The notes below the pieces were generated by a model. It made no database searches. It was not told the origin of the DNA and worked only from the letters and a program-made list of their open reading frames with translations. A stretch of DNA of 64,000 nucleotides. It comes from Paraphysomonas bandaiensis. Taxonomy: Eukaryota; Protista; Chrysophyceae. The DNA is taken from the NCBI GenBank assembly GCA_965644295.1, contig CBFFRP010000012.1, forward strand, positions 1 through 64,000. Reading direction: 5' to 3'. The position numbers and the translations under genes are program-made. Each line of letters starts with the position of its first letter. Positions within the stretch are counted from its first letter, which is position 1. Positions 63,991-64,000 of this stretch are shown here, piece after piece.

Positions 63991-64000
63991 ACACGGAAAG

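Overview
Eukaryotic nuclear DNA with short GT-AG introns. The RPS4 sequence and a CoDi-like Copia suggest a stramenopile, which is my inference. The first 25 kb is mostly transposon: two frameshifted Ty1/Copia elements, a kynurenine-aminotransferase gene, hAT remnants, and a young intact Ty3/Gypsy nested inside a non-LTR retroposon. The rest holds about 12 host genes or pseudogenes, mostly in head-to-head pairs separated by repeat islands: C2 protein, Stc1-like Zn-domain protein, IQ protein, LRR, cathepsin L-like, mucin-like pseudogene, RPS4, CAR-like GPCR, fucosyltransferase-like, calmodulin-like and a duplicated-motif membrane protein. Three observations stand out. (1) A dispersed non-autonomous retroposon family (at least 10 pieces) starts with an HDV-like, ingi/L1Tc-style ribozyme fold and has ~12-bp TSDs, plus one 139-bp duplication. 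(2) The Gypsy combines a UGA-CUAG gag-pol readthrough junction, a CCCH finger in Gag, an IFDN motif in place of RT YxDD, and no tRNA PBS (possible self-priming). (3) Older repeats decay mainly by +2-nt micro-duplications. All calls come from manual reading; no database search was run.
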